A stretch of 64,000 bases of DNA from Eledone cirrhosa (Eukaryota): the NCBI GenBank assembly GCA_964016885.1, contig OZ024760.1, positions 9,176,001 to 9,240,000 of the forward strand. Reading direction: 5' to 3'. Both the position numbers and the translations under genes were made by a program. Under the pieces are notes generated by a model that made no database searches, was not told the DNA's origin, and saw nothing but the letters and a program-made list of their open reading frames with translations. Shown one piece after another: positions 38,802-51,489 of the stretch (the stretch's first letter is position 1; every line of letters begins with the position of its first letter).

Positions 38802-39495
38802 GTAAGTTTAGTGTTAGATCAATTGGTAGTACTAGTGAAATTTGTAAGCTTAGTGTTAGATCAGTTGGTAGTATTAGTGGAATTTGTAAGTTTAGTGTTA
38901 GATCAGTTGGTAGTATTAGTGAAATTGGTAAGTCTGATGTTAGATATAATAACATTAAAACATTTAAAAAAAACCTTTAAAAATGAAATTATATATACTT
39001 ATAATAAAAATTATATGTTTGAAGCTAAGTTTAAAATGTAAGTTTGAAGAAAAAATAAACGTTACCAAAAATTCCCCTAGTCCTGACTGTCAACAGTTTC
39101 ACTCGTACTTTGTGGAAATATCTAATTGTTGCATTATCCATGAAGCTCCAAGCTTATCAAGAGACTCCCTCAGTTAGACTTTGTATATATATATATATAT
39201 ATATAAACATATATATATATATATATGACTATCCAAGAAAATCTTGAACCGTTAAGGTATTTTTCTTGGTTATGTCAAAATTTATAAAACAAACTTTGTA
39301 TTTTATCTGATGAAAGCGTACCAAAGTTTTGGTACCCTTGAAATATATATAATAGAATAAATATGGTTTTATAAATATAGTTTCCATTTATTTAATATCA
39401 TTGAATATAATACTTCAGAAAACTTGTTGAGTGCTCTAAATCAGTTATAAACATTTATATTTGTTGAATTACCAACAAATTGAATATCCCTTTTG

Positions 39496-39533
<38 letters not shown>

Positions 39534-39879
39534 TGTGTATCATCACCATCATTGCTGTTTTATCTCCTGTTTTCCATGCTTGCATGGGCTAGACAGCAAT
39601 CACATGCTGAGGCCTGATTGGTCAAGTGACTAGCTCCTGTTAGTATGCTTTGCTTTGGCTTGGTATCTATGGATGGATACCCTTCCTAGCACCAACCACT
39701 TTACAGCATGTACTGGGAGTATGGTTTCTATGGCTGGATGCCCTTGCTAACACCATCCACTTTACAGTGTGTATTGAGAATACTGTTGTGTATCTGGCAC
39801 TACCACTTTTCAGGGTGGACTGGGTGCTTTTCATCATGACACCAGCATTACCACTTAACAGAATGTACTTGGTGTATTT

Positions 39880-40578
39880 TATCGTGACACCAGCACTACC
39901 ACTTTACAGTGTGTGCTGGGTGTATATTATTGTGGCACCAACACTACCACATTACAGAGTGTACTGGGTGTATTTTATTGTGGCACCAGCACTACCACAT
40001 TACAGACTGTGTCGCACCAATACTACCACTTTACAGTGTGTGCTGGGTGTATATTATTGTGGCACCAACACTACCACATTACAGAGTGTACTGGGTGTAT
40101 TTTATTGTGGCACCAGCACTACCACATTACAGACTGTGTCGCACCAATACTACCACTTTACAGAGTGTACTGGGTGTATATTATTGTAGCACCAGCACTA
40201 ACACTTTACAGAGTGTACTGGGTGTATATTATTATGGCACCAATACTACCACATTACAGAGTGTACTAGGTGTAAATTATTGTGGCACCAATACCACCAC
40301 ATTACAGAATGTACTGGGTGTATATTATTATGGCACCAATACTACCACATTACAGAGTGTACTAGGTGTATATTATTGTGGCACCAATACCACCACATTA
40401 CAGAATGTACTGGGTGTATATTATTATGGCACCAATACTACCACATTACAGAGTGTACTAGGTGTATATTATTGTGGCACCAATACCACCACATTACAGA
40501 GTGTACTGGGTGTATATTATTGTGACACCAGCACTACCACATTACAGAGTGTATTGGGTGTATTTTAATGTGGCACCA
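39880..40578. repeat. 48-bp minisatellite amplified from the RTE/SINE 3' UTR subrepeat (- orientation)
   Basis: Contiguous with tail sequence 39540-39880; similar expansion at 4338-4600. Confidence 0.85.
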
Positions 40579-40643
40579 TTGAACCTGTAATATTAGTCTA
40601 GAATTTAGCCGATGTCATATGTACAGATTATTTTGTTCCCTAG

Positions 40644-40844
40644 CTTCAGATGTAATAACTCCTTCATCTTGGAAGAAAGGCCAAGAGACTGTACTCCGTC
40701 TCCTGGGTTCTCGTGCGAGGGATCATAGGGATCAATCTGCCAGAATCACCAAACCCCCAGTTCTACAAGCCTCTCATCTCCCAGCTAAACTGCCACAGAC
40801 TGCCCGACAAATCATTGAAGATTTACAACTGGAAACACATACAG
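40644..40844 (+). CDS. CEP350: CEP350-like exon: ASDVITPSSWKKGQETVLRLLG...ARQIIEDLQLETHT
   Basis: TTCCCTAG / G|GTACAT, 201 nt, phase 1/1; matches recalled CEP350 motif ISTSSWREGQKLVKKILG. Confidence 0.88.
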
Positions 40845-41830
40845 GTACATCTTTCATTCACTTACTTGTCTCTCTCATTCTCTCTCTCACTCACTGTCTA
40901 TCTCTCTCACTGTCTCTCTCTCTCTGTGTATCTGTCTTGAATCACATACTGGTATATCTTACATTCACTTACTTGTCTCTCTTACTCTCTCTCACTCTCT
41001 GTCTGTCTCTCTGTCTATCTCTTTGTCTATCTCTTTCGCTCTCTCTCTCTCACTGTCTATCTCTCTCTGTGTATCTGTCTTGAATCACATACAAGTACAT
41101 CTTTCATTCACTTACTTGTCTCTCTTACTCTCTCTCACTCTCTCTCTCTGTCTCTCTGTCTATCTCTTTCTCTATATGTCTCTCTGTCTATCTCTTTCTC
41201 TCTCTCTCTCTGTGTATCTGTCTTGAATCACATACTGGTATATCTTACATTCACTTACTTGTCTCTCTTACTCTCTCTCTCTCACTCTCTGTCTATCTCT
41301 TTCTCTCTCTCTCTCTCTTTCTCTCACTGTCTATCTCTCTCTGTGTATCTGTCTTGAATCACATACTGGTATATCTTACATTCACTTACTTGTCTCTCTT
41401 ACTCTCTCTCTCTCACTCTCTGTCTGTCTCTCTGTCTATCTCTTTGTCTATCTCTTTCTCTCTCTCTCTCTGTGTATCTGTCTTGAATCACATACAGGTA
41501 CATCTTTCATTCACTTACTTGTCTCTCTCTCTCTCCCTCTCACACTGTCTATCTCTCTCTGTATATCTGTCTTGAATCACATACAAGTACATCTTTCATT
41601 CACTTACTTGTCTCTCTCACTCACTCACTCTCTCTCTGTCTATCTCTTTCTCTCACTGTCTATCTCTCTCTGTGTATCTGTCTTGAATCACATACAGGTA
41701 CATCTTTCATTCACTTGTCTCTCTCACTCTCTCTCTCTCTCTCTCTGTATCTGTCTTGAATCACATACTGGTATATCTTTCATTCACTTACTTGTCTCTT
41801 TTACTCTCTCTCTCTCTCTCTATCTGTCTC
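40835..41830. repeat. Compound CT-rich repeat whose unit includes the exon donor CACATACAG|GTACATC
   Basis: About 8 variable-length units with a (CT)n core. Confidence 0.85.
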
Positions 41831-42309
41831 TCACTTTCGCTGTCTGCCCCCCTCTCTCTGTTTGCTTCTATCTCTCTCTGCCCCCACCCCCCCACCCCAC
41901 CACATTATATCTATATCCTGTTTCTTCTGAGAGGAAACCTGCCATAAGTGTATAAATCATCATCATTGTTTAATGCCAACTGTCCCCTACTAGGAAGGGT
42001 TAGTAGAGGTACTGTTTAATGTCGACTGTCCCCTACTAGGAAGGGTTAGTAGAGGTACTGTTTAATGTCAACTGTCCCCTACTAGGAAAGGTTAGACAGA
42101 ACTCCCTTACATATGTTCCTACACTTTACTCAGTACATTTTATTGTGGCACCAACACTAGGCTGGTTGTTATGTCTTTCACACAGCTGAAGAGTCTTTAC
42201 AACCTTTTGGCTGGCAGATTTTCTATGGCTGGATGCCTTTCTTATCACCAACACACACACACATATATATATATACATATATATATGTATATATATATAT
42301 ATACACAGT

Positions 42310-42743
42310 GGAGGCACATGGCTTAGTGGTTAGAGCATTGGCTTTGCAATCGAAAGGTTGTGAGTTCTCAGACTGGGTGATGTGTTGTTTCCTTGAGCAA
42401 GACACTTTATTTCACATTGCTCCAGTTTACTCAGCTGTAGAAATGAAATGATAGGGACTGGGGTCCCCATCATTCCACAGCAAAGTGGTCGTGAAGGTGC
42501 CACGGCAAAAAAGCACCAGCACTCACTGTAAAGTGGACGTGTAGGCGCCACGGCAAAAAAGCACCCAGCCCACACTGTAAAGTGGACGTGTAGGCGCCAC
42601 GGCAAAAAAGCACCCAGCACTCACTGTAAATGAGGTTGGTGTTAGGAAGGGCATCCAGCTGTAGAAATCAAGCCAGAATCAGTTCCCGTCCCACCCTTGC
42701 AAGCAGGGAAAAGCGGACGTAAAATGATGATGATGATGATGAT
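42310..42743 (+). mobile_element. SINE family 1, tail type A, with 3 internal ~43-bp repeats
   Basis: Near-identical to 1205-1553; flanked by (TA)n. Confidence 0.88.
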
Positions 42744-42992
42744 ATATATATATACACGAAATAATAGGGCTGATGCTTATATATATATATATATATATAT
42801 ATACCGTTTTATCTCACATACCACACCAAAAATATTTTTTTGTTACATCATCAGTCTGAGGAGCAGATCAATAGTGGAGTCAGGTCCATAACTCTTATGT
42901 GACTTTGAGCCAATCCTCTGCAAGGTCGATATACAATAAATATCTTTTATATGTAAATGAAACTTCCTCGTTTTTTTTTCCATTATATATAT

Positions 42993-43093
42993 ATAGGAAA
43001 ATGTTAAACCCCGACGGCAGAGTTCAAGCCGTTCGACAGAAATAGCCGTCGAAACGGCTTGAGCTCTGCCGTCGGGGTTAAACATTTTCCTAT
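42993..43093. repeat. GC-rich ~100-nt hairpin
   Basis: ATAGGAAAATGTTAAACCCCGACGGCAGAGTTCAAGCCGTT-CGAC / GTCGAAACGGCTTGAGCTCTGCCGTCGGGGTTAAACATTTTCCTAT with 10-nt loop. Confidence 0.9.
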
Positions 43094-43781
43094 TACCCAC
43101 TCTACTACCCTAAGTATTGAGTACTCTGGTGCGTTATGGTCCATATGGTCCCTTACCACACTTCCTTCGTTATATATATATATATATATACCGCCCCTTT
43201 CAATGTATAAGTTATGTTGGTGCCACAACATCCAGGCCGAAACAAATGAGATCGTGTAGGTGTCACGACAAAAAAAACACACAGTCCCCGCTGTAATGTG
43301 GCCGTGTAGGCAACACGGTAAAAACTTCCCAGCCCCACACTGTAAATGTGGTTGGTGTTAGGAAGGGCATCCAGCTGTAGAAAATCCGCCAGACAGTCTT
43401 ATGCGAGCAAGACAACCACTCTTGCCTCAAGTGGGAAAACTCCCGTCCAAACCCATGCAAGCGTGGAACATGGACGTTAAACGATGATGATGATATATAT
43501 ATATGAAATTACATTTTCAATGTAATATTTCCTCTACGTGTCTACATAAACACTTGTATTAAGGAATTGATACTATTAAAAATAGTATGTACCCTTATGT
43601 TCAGTTTACTGTAATAAATCTCGTATTTTGAGCTGTTAACATTTCTTCACCTACCTTTATTTGTTTTCATATTTGAAAAAGACTTACTCTATTTTAATAT
43701 ATATTAATATATTGTTATAAACAAAAACTTCTACATGTACTTTCTGATTTTGAAACTTCTATGTGACTTTATTAATGGCAG

Positions 43782-43913
43782 CAGGCACATGTATGAAGAG
43801 TCACCATGAATATGAAACCAAAGCTTGTGAGGCAGCTACAGCTGGAGAAGAGAAGGAAGGGGTTAAACCAACTGATGTTTTATATACCTTAAAAAGAAAA
43901 CCCAGACTTTCAG
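43782..43913 (+). CDS. CEP350: CEP350-like exon with NAGNAG acceptor: (A)GTCMKSHHEYETKACE...RKPRLS
   Basis: CAGCAG acceptor (start 43782 or 43785), donor G|GTAGGA, phase 1/1. Confidence 0.7.
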
Positions 43914-43964
43914 GTAGGAATAATCATATTTCATATTTATCTTTTTCAAGGTGGTAGACCCAAC

Positions 43965-46157
43965 TACCTGGTCTTTAGGAGGAGTGGGCGAGGGGACTTA
44001 CCTCATCTACCTGGTCTTTAGGAGGAGTGGGTGAGGGGACTCCTGGTGTTTAGAAAGAGTGTGTGATGGGACTCCTGGTCTTTAGGAAGAGTGAGTGATG
44101 GGACCCTGGTGTTTAGGAGGTGTGGGTGATGAGACTCCTGGTCTTTAGGAAGAGTGGGTGAGGGGACTCCTGGTGTTTAGAAAGAGTGTGTGATGGGACT
44201 CCTGGTCTTTAGGAAGAGTGAGTGATGGGACCCTGGTGTTTAGGAGGTGTGGGTGATGGGACTCCTGGTCTTTAGGAGGTGTGGGTGAGGGGACTCCTGG
44301 TCTTTAGGAGGTGTGGGTGAGGGGACTCCTGGTCTTTAGGAGGTGTGGGTGATGGGACTCCTGGTCTTTAGGAGGTGTGGGTGAGGGGACTCCTGGTCTT
44401 TAGGAGGTGTGGGTGAGGGGACTCCTGGTGTTTAGAAAGAGTGTGTGATGGGACCCTGGTGTTTAGGAGGTGTGGGTGATGGGACTCCTGGTCTTTAGGT
44501 GGAGTGGGTGATGGGACCCTGGTGTTTAGGAGGTGTGGGTGATGGGACTCCAGGTCTTTAGGAAGAGTGGGTGATGGGACTCCTGGTGTTTAGGAGGTGT
44601 GGGTGATGGGACTCCTGGTCTTTAGAAAGAGTGTGTGATGGGACCCTGGTGTTTAGGAGGTGTGGGTGATGGGACTCCTGGTCTTTAGGTGGAGTGGGTG
44701 ATGGGACCCTGGTGTTTAGGAGGTGTGGGTGATGGGACTCCTGGTCTTTAGAAAGAGTGTGTGATGGGACTCTGGTGTTTAGGAGGTGTGGGTGATGGGA
44801 CTCCTGGTCTTTAGGTGGAGTGGGTGATGGGACCCTGGTGTTTAGGAGGTGTGGGTGATGGGACTCCTGGTCTTTAGAAAGAGTGTGTGATGGGACCCTG
44901 GTGTTTAGGAGGTGTGGGTGATGGGACTCCTGGTCTTTAGGTGGAGTGGGTGATGGGACCCTGGTGTTTAGGAGGTGTGGGTGATGGGACTCCTGGTCTT
45001 TAGGAAGAGTGGGTGATGGGACCCTGGTGTTTAGGAGGTGTGGGTGATGGGACTCCTGGTCTTTAGGTGGAGTGGGTGATGGGACCCTGGTGTTTAGGAG
45101 GTGTGGGTGATGGGACTCCTGGTCTTTAGAAAGAGTGTGTGATGGGACCCTGGTGTTTAGGAGGTGTGGGTGATGGGACTCCTGGTCTTTAGAAAGAGTG
45201 TGTGATGGGACCCTGGTGTTTAGGAGGGGTGGGTGATGGGACTCCTGGTCTTTAGAAAGAGTGTGTGATGGGACCCTGGTGTTTAGGAGGTGTGGGTGAT
45301 GGGACTCCTGGTCTTTAGGTGGAGTGGGTGATGGGACCCTGGTGTTTAGGAGGTGTGGGTGATGGGACTCCTGGTCTTTAGGAAGAGTGAGTGATGGGAC
45401 CCTGGTGTTTAGGAGGTGTGGGTGATGGGACTCCAGGTCTTTAGGAAGAGTGTGTGATGGGACCCTGGTGTTTAGGAGGTGTGGGTGATGGGACTCCTGG
45501 TCTTTAAAAAGAGTGAGTGATGGGACCCTGGTCTTTAGGAGGTGTGGGTGATGGGACTCCAGGTCTTTAGGAAGAGTGGGTGATGGGACCCTGGTGTTTA
45601 GGAGGTGTGGGTGATGGGACTCCTGGTCTTTAGGTGGAGTGGGTGATGGGACCCTGGTGTTTAGGAGGTGTGGGTGATGGGACTCCTGGTCTTTAGGTGG
45701 AGTGTGTGATGGGACCCTGGTGTTTAGGAGGTGTGGGTGATGGGACTCCTGGTCTTTAGGTGGAGTGGGTGATGGGACCCTGGTGTTTAGGAGGTGTGGG
45801 TGATGGGACTCCTGGTCTTTAGAAAGAGTGAGTGATGGGACCCTGGTCTTTAGGAGGTGTGGGTGATGGGACTCCTGGTCTTTAGGAAGAGTGTGTGATA
45901 GGACCCTGGTGTTTAGGAGGTGTGGGTGATGGGACTCCAGGTCTTTAGGAAGAGTGTGTGATGGGACCCTGGTGTTTAGGAGGTGTGGGTGATGGGACTC
46001 CTGGTCTTTAGGAAGAGTGTGTGAAGGGATCCTGGTGTTTAGGAGGTGTGGGTGATGGGACTCCTGGTCTTTAGAAAGAGTGTGTGATGGGACCCTGGTG
46101 TTTAGGAGGTGTGGGTGATGGGACTCCTGGTCTTTAGGTGGAGTGGGTGATGGGACT
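43965..46157. repeat. G-rich 31/32-bp minisatellite with 63-bp dimeric higher-order structure
   Basis: Alternating GGGACTCCTGGTCTTTAG... and GGGACCCTGGTGTTTAGGAGGTGTGGGTGAT units. Confidence 0.95.
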
Positions 46158-46214
46158 AGTAATTATTTATACACAACACAGCATATATTAGATCAAAGAT
46201 AAATTTAATGTAAA

Positions 46215-46800
46215 AGTAACTACAGTTTTTATTTATAATTAAACACCTTGCTGTGAAAAATATACATATACTTTTGTTATTCTCTTCAAACACTAAAAGA
46301 CATAAGATATTGTCTTTATGTGTTTCAAATCTGGTTGGCTTCTCCTCAGAAAAAAAGTAACACTTTAATTTTCATACATAGAGAGAATTGACAGCCACTT
46401 GCTGTTTATGTCAAATACAAGCTACAACATAACTGAAATGGTTATGGACACAGCCCTTTCTCTCTCTGACTAAACAGTAAGAAAAATAATCTCTAAAAAC
46501 CAGTACATTCACGGGCCAGTTGTTACGGTGTGTTGGTGAGTGAAACTTGGCAAATTAGCTCAATGGTCTGATCAGCAGAATTTTCTTTGATACTTGTTCA
46601 ATGCAATGCATCAAGTTAAACAATATTGCAGAAATTCATGAGGCTCCTGTAGAAAGGGCAGAAGGCCACCCATTAAATGGTAGCACTGTTTCAGAAATTT
46701 ATAAAGTGTACTCTTACATTCCTGTCAGCTCCAAAAGATGTCATTTGAAAGGCAGAACTATATTTTTGGATGTATTTATTGAAGTGTAGGGCCTCTCTCT
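46215..46800 (+). repeat. Dispersed ~580-bp duplicate of 502-1660 lacking both nested insertions
   Basis: High identity alignment by eye; ends in (CT)n in both copies. Confidence 0.9.
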
Positions 46801-46886
46801 CTCTCTCTGTCTCTCTCTCTCTCCCTCTCTCTCTCTATGTATATGAAGAGGGTGTTTAACTCTAACACACTCTAGTATTTTAATTC

Positions 46887-46918
<32 letters not shown>

Positions 46919-47038
46919 TTTTAGAATCCAATATCAATAAATAGACAGGATTTTTTCATTCTGATGATTGAAAGCAAAATTTTTTGCTTTTAAGAAACCA
47001 CTGGTAAATGGAATAATTGCCTTATGTTGTTTATTACA

Positions 47039-47127
<89 letters not shown>

Positions 47128-47248
47128 GGATGATACGTGAGGAGATAAAACTGAGAGAAAAGGGTAGACAGAGATGTAGATTGAATGAATGTGTTTTATA
47201 TATATAATTGACAGAAAGCTCACATTATTTTCTTTATTTTCCGATTAG

Positions 47249-47511
47249 TCCCCGAACCTTTGAAACACCCTAAAGTACGCCATTACGACCAGGAAGAAGT
47301 TCGCAAATTCATTGCAAAGAAGAAAACTGAACGAGTTCTAAAGGCGAGAGAGAACCAAGAAGCTTTACAAAAGGAATACAGAAGACGTGAAGAAAGGCTA
47401 CGGGAAGTTTACCGGAAACAGAAAGAAGCCACTTGTTTGATTATTCCGAAAAAAGACAATAATTGCCCAAATAAAAGGCTCCTCAAATATCCACCACATT
47501 TTGAGGACCTG
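47249..47511 (+). CDS. CEP350: CEP350-like coiled-coil exon: KVRHYDQEEVRKFIAKKKTER...RLREVYRKQKEA
   Basis: TTTTCCGATTAG / CTG|GTAAAA, phase 1/0; strong match to recalled CEP350 block VRHYDTDEVRQYI...RLQELYRKQKEA. Confidence 0.9.
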
Positions 47512-48583
47512 GTAAAACTTCCCTTAATTTCTTCTTGTTTTTAAAACTTTACTACATCATATTTTTAGACATTTGAACATTTATGATCATTATCTCCAAT
47601 GTTGGCCTGGGTTTGATGGGTTTGTCACTGTTTGGGGCCAGTTGTTATTCAGTGTTGGCACTCTTCTTCACTGGTTAGGGGACCACATCTTTCTAAATAA
47701 TAATTGTTTCTACTTTAGGTACAAGGCCAGAAATATTGCGGGAGGGGAAAGTAGATTAAATCAACCCCAGTGCATTACTGGTGCTTTATTTTATTCATCC
47801 CGTAAGGATGAAAGCAAAGGTAACCTCGGCGGGATTTGAACTCAGATTGTAAAGGGGCATAACTCTATGCCATAAAGCATATTGTTCGATGCTCTACCGA
47901 TTCTGCCAATCAATAATAATTGTTTCTACGTTAGGCACAAGGCCAGCAATTACCCAGTGCATTACTGGTACTTTATTTTATCGACCCCGTAAGGATGAAA
48001 GGCAAAGTTAACCTCGGCGGGATTTGAACTCAGATCATAAAGGGACGTAACTCTATGCTTCAAAGCATGGTGTCCGACTCTCTACCGATACTGCCAATCC
48101 ACCGTCCCCTGCCAATCAATAATAATGTTATTTCCTTGTTATTGTTTAACCCCAGGTCTCTTCTGAAGCAAGCTTTCACTCATCATCATCGTCATCACCA
48201 CCACAATCACCACCACCACTTCTTATTTTCATGGGAATTAATCAATCAGTTGATCACTATTGGATTTAGATAATCAGTAGTTCAGTTGTTTGAACAGCCT
48301 GCTCATGAAATTAACGTCTAAGTGGCTGAACATTTCACACACACATGCGCGTGTACCCATTACCCTTTACATTACTCTATAATATACTTTTGTATTTTGG
48401 TGGTAAAGGCCTTATCTGGGCACTGTACACAATATTTCATTATTATTATTATTATATGAATTGATATCATGACTCATACACTGTTCATTTTCCTGACATT
48501 TGTACATTATTCTATGTACTATACATGCACCTTTGATGAGTTGTAGTGCACTTGAGCACTGTACACAATAATTTCATTATTAT

Positions 48584-48778
48584 GGTGGATTGGCAGTATC
48601 GGTAGAGGGTCGGACGCCATGCTTTCCAGCATAGTTACGTCCCTTTATGATCTGAGTTCAAATCCCGCCGAGGTTGACTTTGCCTTTCATCCTTACGGGG
48701 TAGATAAAATAAAGTACCAGTAATGCACTGGGTAATTTGCTGGCCTTGTGCCTAAAGTAGAAACAATTATTATTATTA
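48584..48778 (+). mobile_element. tRNA-derived SINE family 2 (representative copy)
   Basis: TGGCAGTATCGG A-box-like, GAGTTCAAATCC B box, body GACTTTGCCTTTCATCCTTACGGGG...AAGTACCAG, (ATT)n tail. Other copies at ~8955-9175, 18368-18560, 29555-29735, 47700-47915, 47920-48108 (all -) and 54385-54550 (+). Confidence 0.88.
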
Positions 48779-48959
48779 TAATAGTGAATCTATGAGATTT
48801 TTATAACAACCCCCCTTGTGTTGGTGCCACAATAAAATTTACTGAGTAGAATGTAGGAACATATGTAAGGGAGTTGTGGGCTGTCAACCCATCTCAGCAC
48901 TAAGTAGTTTAGTAAGTATGTAATTGAGATGCAAGCTCCCAGCCCACTTCTTTAACCCT

Positions 48960-50290
48960 TTACCATTTACATTGCTCTGTATATACTATTGTATTTTCAT
49001 GGTAAAGGCTTTACCTCACATAACATTTACATTGCTCTGTATATACTATTGTATTTTCATGGTAAAGTCTTTACATTGCTCTGTATATACTATTGTATTT
49101 TCATGGTAAAGTCTTTACATTGCTCTGTATATACTATTGTATTTTCATGGTAAAGTCTTTACCTCACATAACATTTACATTGCTCTATATATACTATTGT
49201 ATTTTCATGGTAAAGTCTTTACATTGCTCTGTATATACTATTGTATTTTCATGGTAAAGTCTTTACCTCACATAACATTTACATTGCTCTATATATACTA
49301 TTGTATTTTCATGGTAAAGTCTTTACATTGCTCTATATATACTATTGTATTTTCATGGTAAAGTCTTTACATTGCTCTGTATATACTATTGTATTTTCAT
49401 GGTAAAGTCTTTACCTCACATAACATTTACATTGCTCTATATATACTATTGTATTTTCATGGTAAAGTCTTTACAGTGCTCTGTATATACTATTGTATTT
49501 TCATGGTAAAGTCTTTACATTGCTCTATATATACTATTGTATTTTCATGGTAAAGTCTTTACATTGCTCTGTATATACTATTGTATTTTCATGGTAAAGG
49601 CTTTACATTACTCTGTATATACTATTGTATTTTCATGGTAAAGTCTTTACATTGCTCTATATATACTATTGTATTTTCATGGTAAAGTCTTTACATTGCT
49701 CTGTATATACTATTGTATTTTCATGGTAAAGTCTTTACATTGCTCTGTATATACTATTGTATTTTCATGGTAAAGTCTTTACATTGCTCTGTATATACTA
49801 TTGTATTTTCATGGTAAAGTCTTTACCTCACATAACATTTACATTGCTCTATATATACTATTGTATTTTCATGGTAAAGTCTTTACATTGCTCTGTATAT
49901 ACTATTGTATTTTCATGGTAAAGTCTTTACATTGCTCTGTATATACTATTGTATTTTCATGGTAAAGTCTTTACATTGCTCTATATATACTATTGTATTT
50001 TCATGGTAAAGGCTTTACATTGCTCTGTATATACTATTGTATTTTCATGGTAAAGTCTTTACATTGCTCTATATATACTATTGTATTTTCATGGTAAAGT
50101 CTTTACATTGCTCTGTATATACTATTGTATTTTCATGGTAAAGTCTTTACATTGCTCTGTATATACTATTGTATTTTCATGGTAAAGTCTTTACATTGCT
50201 CTATATATACTATTGTATTTTCATGGTAAAGGCTTTACATTGCTCTGTATATACTATTGTATTTTCATGGTAAAGGCTTTACCTCACATA
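48960..50290. repeat. 44-bp minisatellite amplified inside a TTAA-MITE
   Basis: Unit TTACATTGCTCTGTATATACTATTGTATTTTCATGGTAAAGTCT; MITE end at 48952 and MITE body resuming at 50280. Confidence 0.93.
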
Positions 50291-50389
50291 ATTATCTCAT
50301 ATAATATTGAATCTATGAAATTTTGATGTTATTTATTTTGAGAACAATACCTTAACATCAGTATGAGTGGTTGGTTACTATATATTACT

Positions 50390-51015
50390 AGATCAATACT
50401 TTATCAGAAGTTATCAATACTATCCTTATATCCAATATATATTCCCCAGATCAATACTATCCTTATATCCAATATATATTACCCAGATCAATACTATCCT
50501 TATATCCAATATATATTACCCAGATCAATACTATCCTTATATCCAATATATATATTCCCCAGATCAATACTATATTTATATCCAATATATATTACCCAGA
50601 TCAATACTATCCTTATATCCAATATATATTACCCAGATCAATACTATTCTTATATCCAATATATATTACCCAGATCAATACTATATTTATATCCAATATA
50701 TATTCCCCAGATCAATACTATATTTATATCCAATATATATTACCCAGATCAATACTATCCTTATATCCAATATATATTACCCAGATCAATACTATTCTTA
50801 TATCCAATATATATTACCCAGATCAATACTATATTTATATCCAATATATATTCCCCAGATCAATACTATATTTATATCCAATATATATTACCCAGATCAA
50901 TACTATCCTTATATCCAATATATATTACCCAGATCAATACTATCCTTATATCCAATATATATTACCCAGATCAATACTATCCTTATATCCAATATATATT
51001 ACCCAGATCAATACT
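50390..51015. repeat. 37-bp minisatellite
   Basis: Unit CCCAGATCAATACTATCCTTATATCCAATATATATTA. Confidence 0.95.
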
Positions 51016-51045
51016 AATTTATTTGTTGATTTCTTCACTTGTTAG

Positions 51046-51182
51046 TTGATGACTGAATCAGAGTTGACCTCAGAGTTGACCTCAGTTGACAGCAGTAAAA
51101 CCAATGACAGCGATGACTGCGATGACTCAAGCAATGACATGGAAGTTGATTCACAAGCTTCACAGTCATCTCTACATGAAAG
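51046..51182 (+). CDS. CEP350: CEP350-like acidic/Ser-rich exon: LMTESELTSELTSVDSSKTNDSDDCDD...SLHE
   Basis: TTCACTTGTTAG / AG|GTAAAC, phase 0/2, open frame. Confidence 0.78.
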
Positions 51183-51489
51183 GTAAACATTTATTGTCAT
51201 ACTTTCTTCTCCTTTTTTCTTTGTTTTGTTTCAGTTGTTTTTGTTTAACCCTTTAGCATTCACATTACTCTATATATCATCATCATCACCGTTTTACCTC
51301 AATGTTTCCATGCTAGTATGGGTTAGACAGGTTGTCCTGTTGTTGGTAATACCAGGTCAGGTGACCATGTCTAGCTCATACAGGACTGATTTTGGCTCGG
51401 TTTCTACACCAACCTCATTTACAGTGAGTACTATTGTATTTTCACAGTAAAGCCTTTATCTCACATAATATCGAAATGTATGAGATTTT

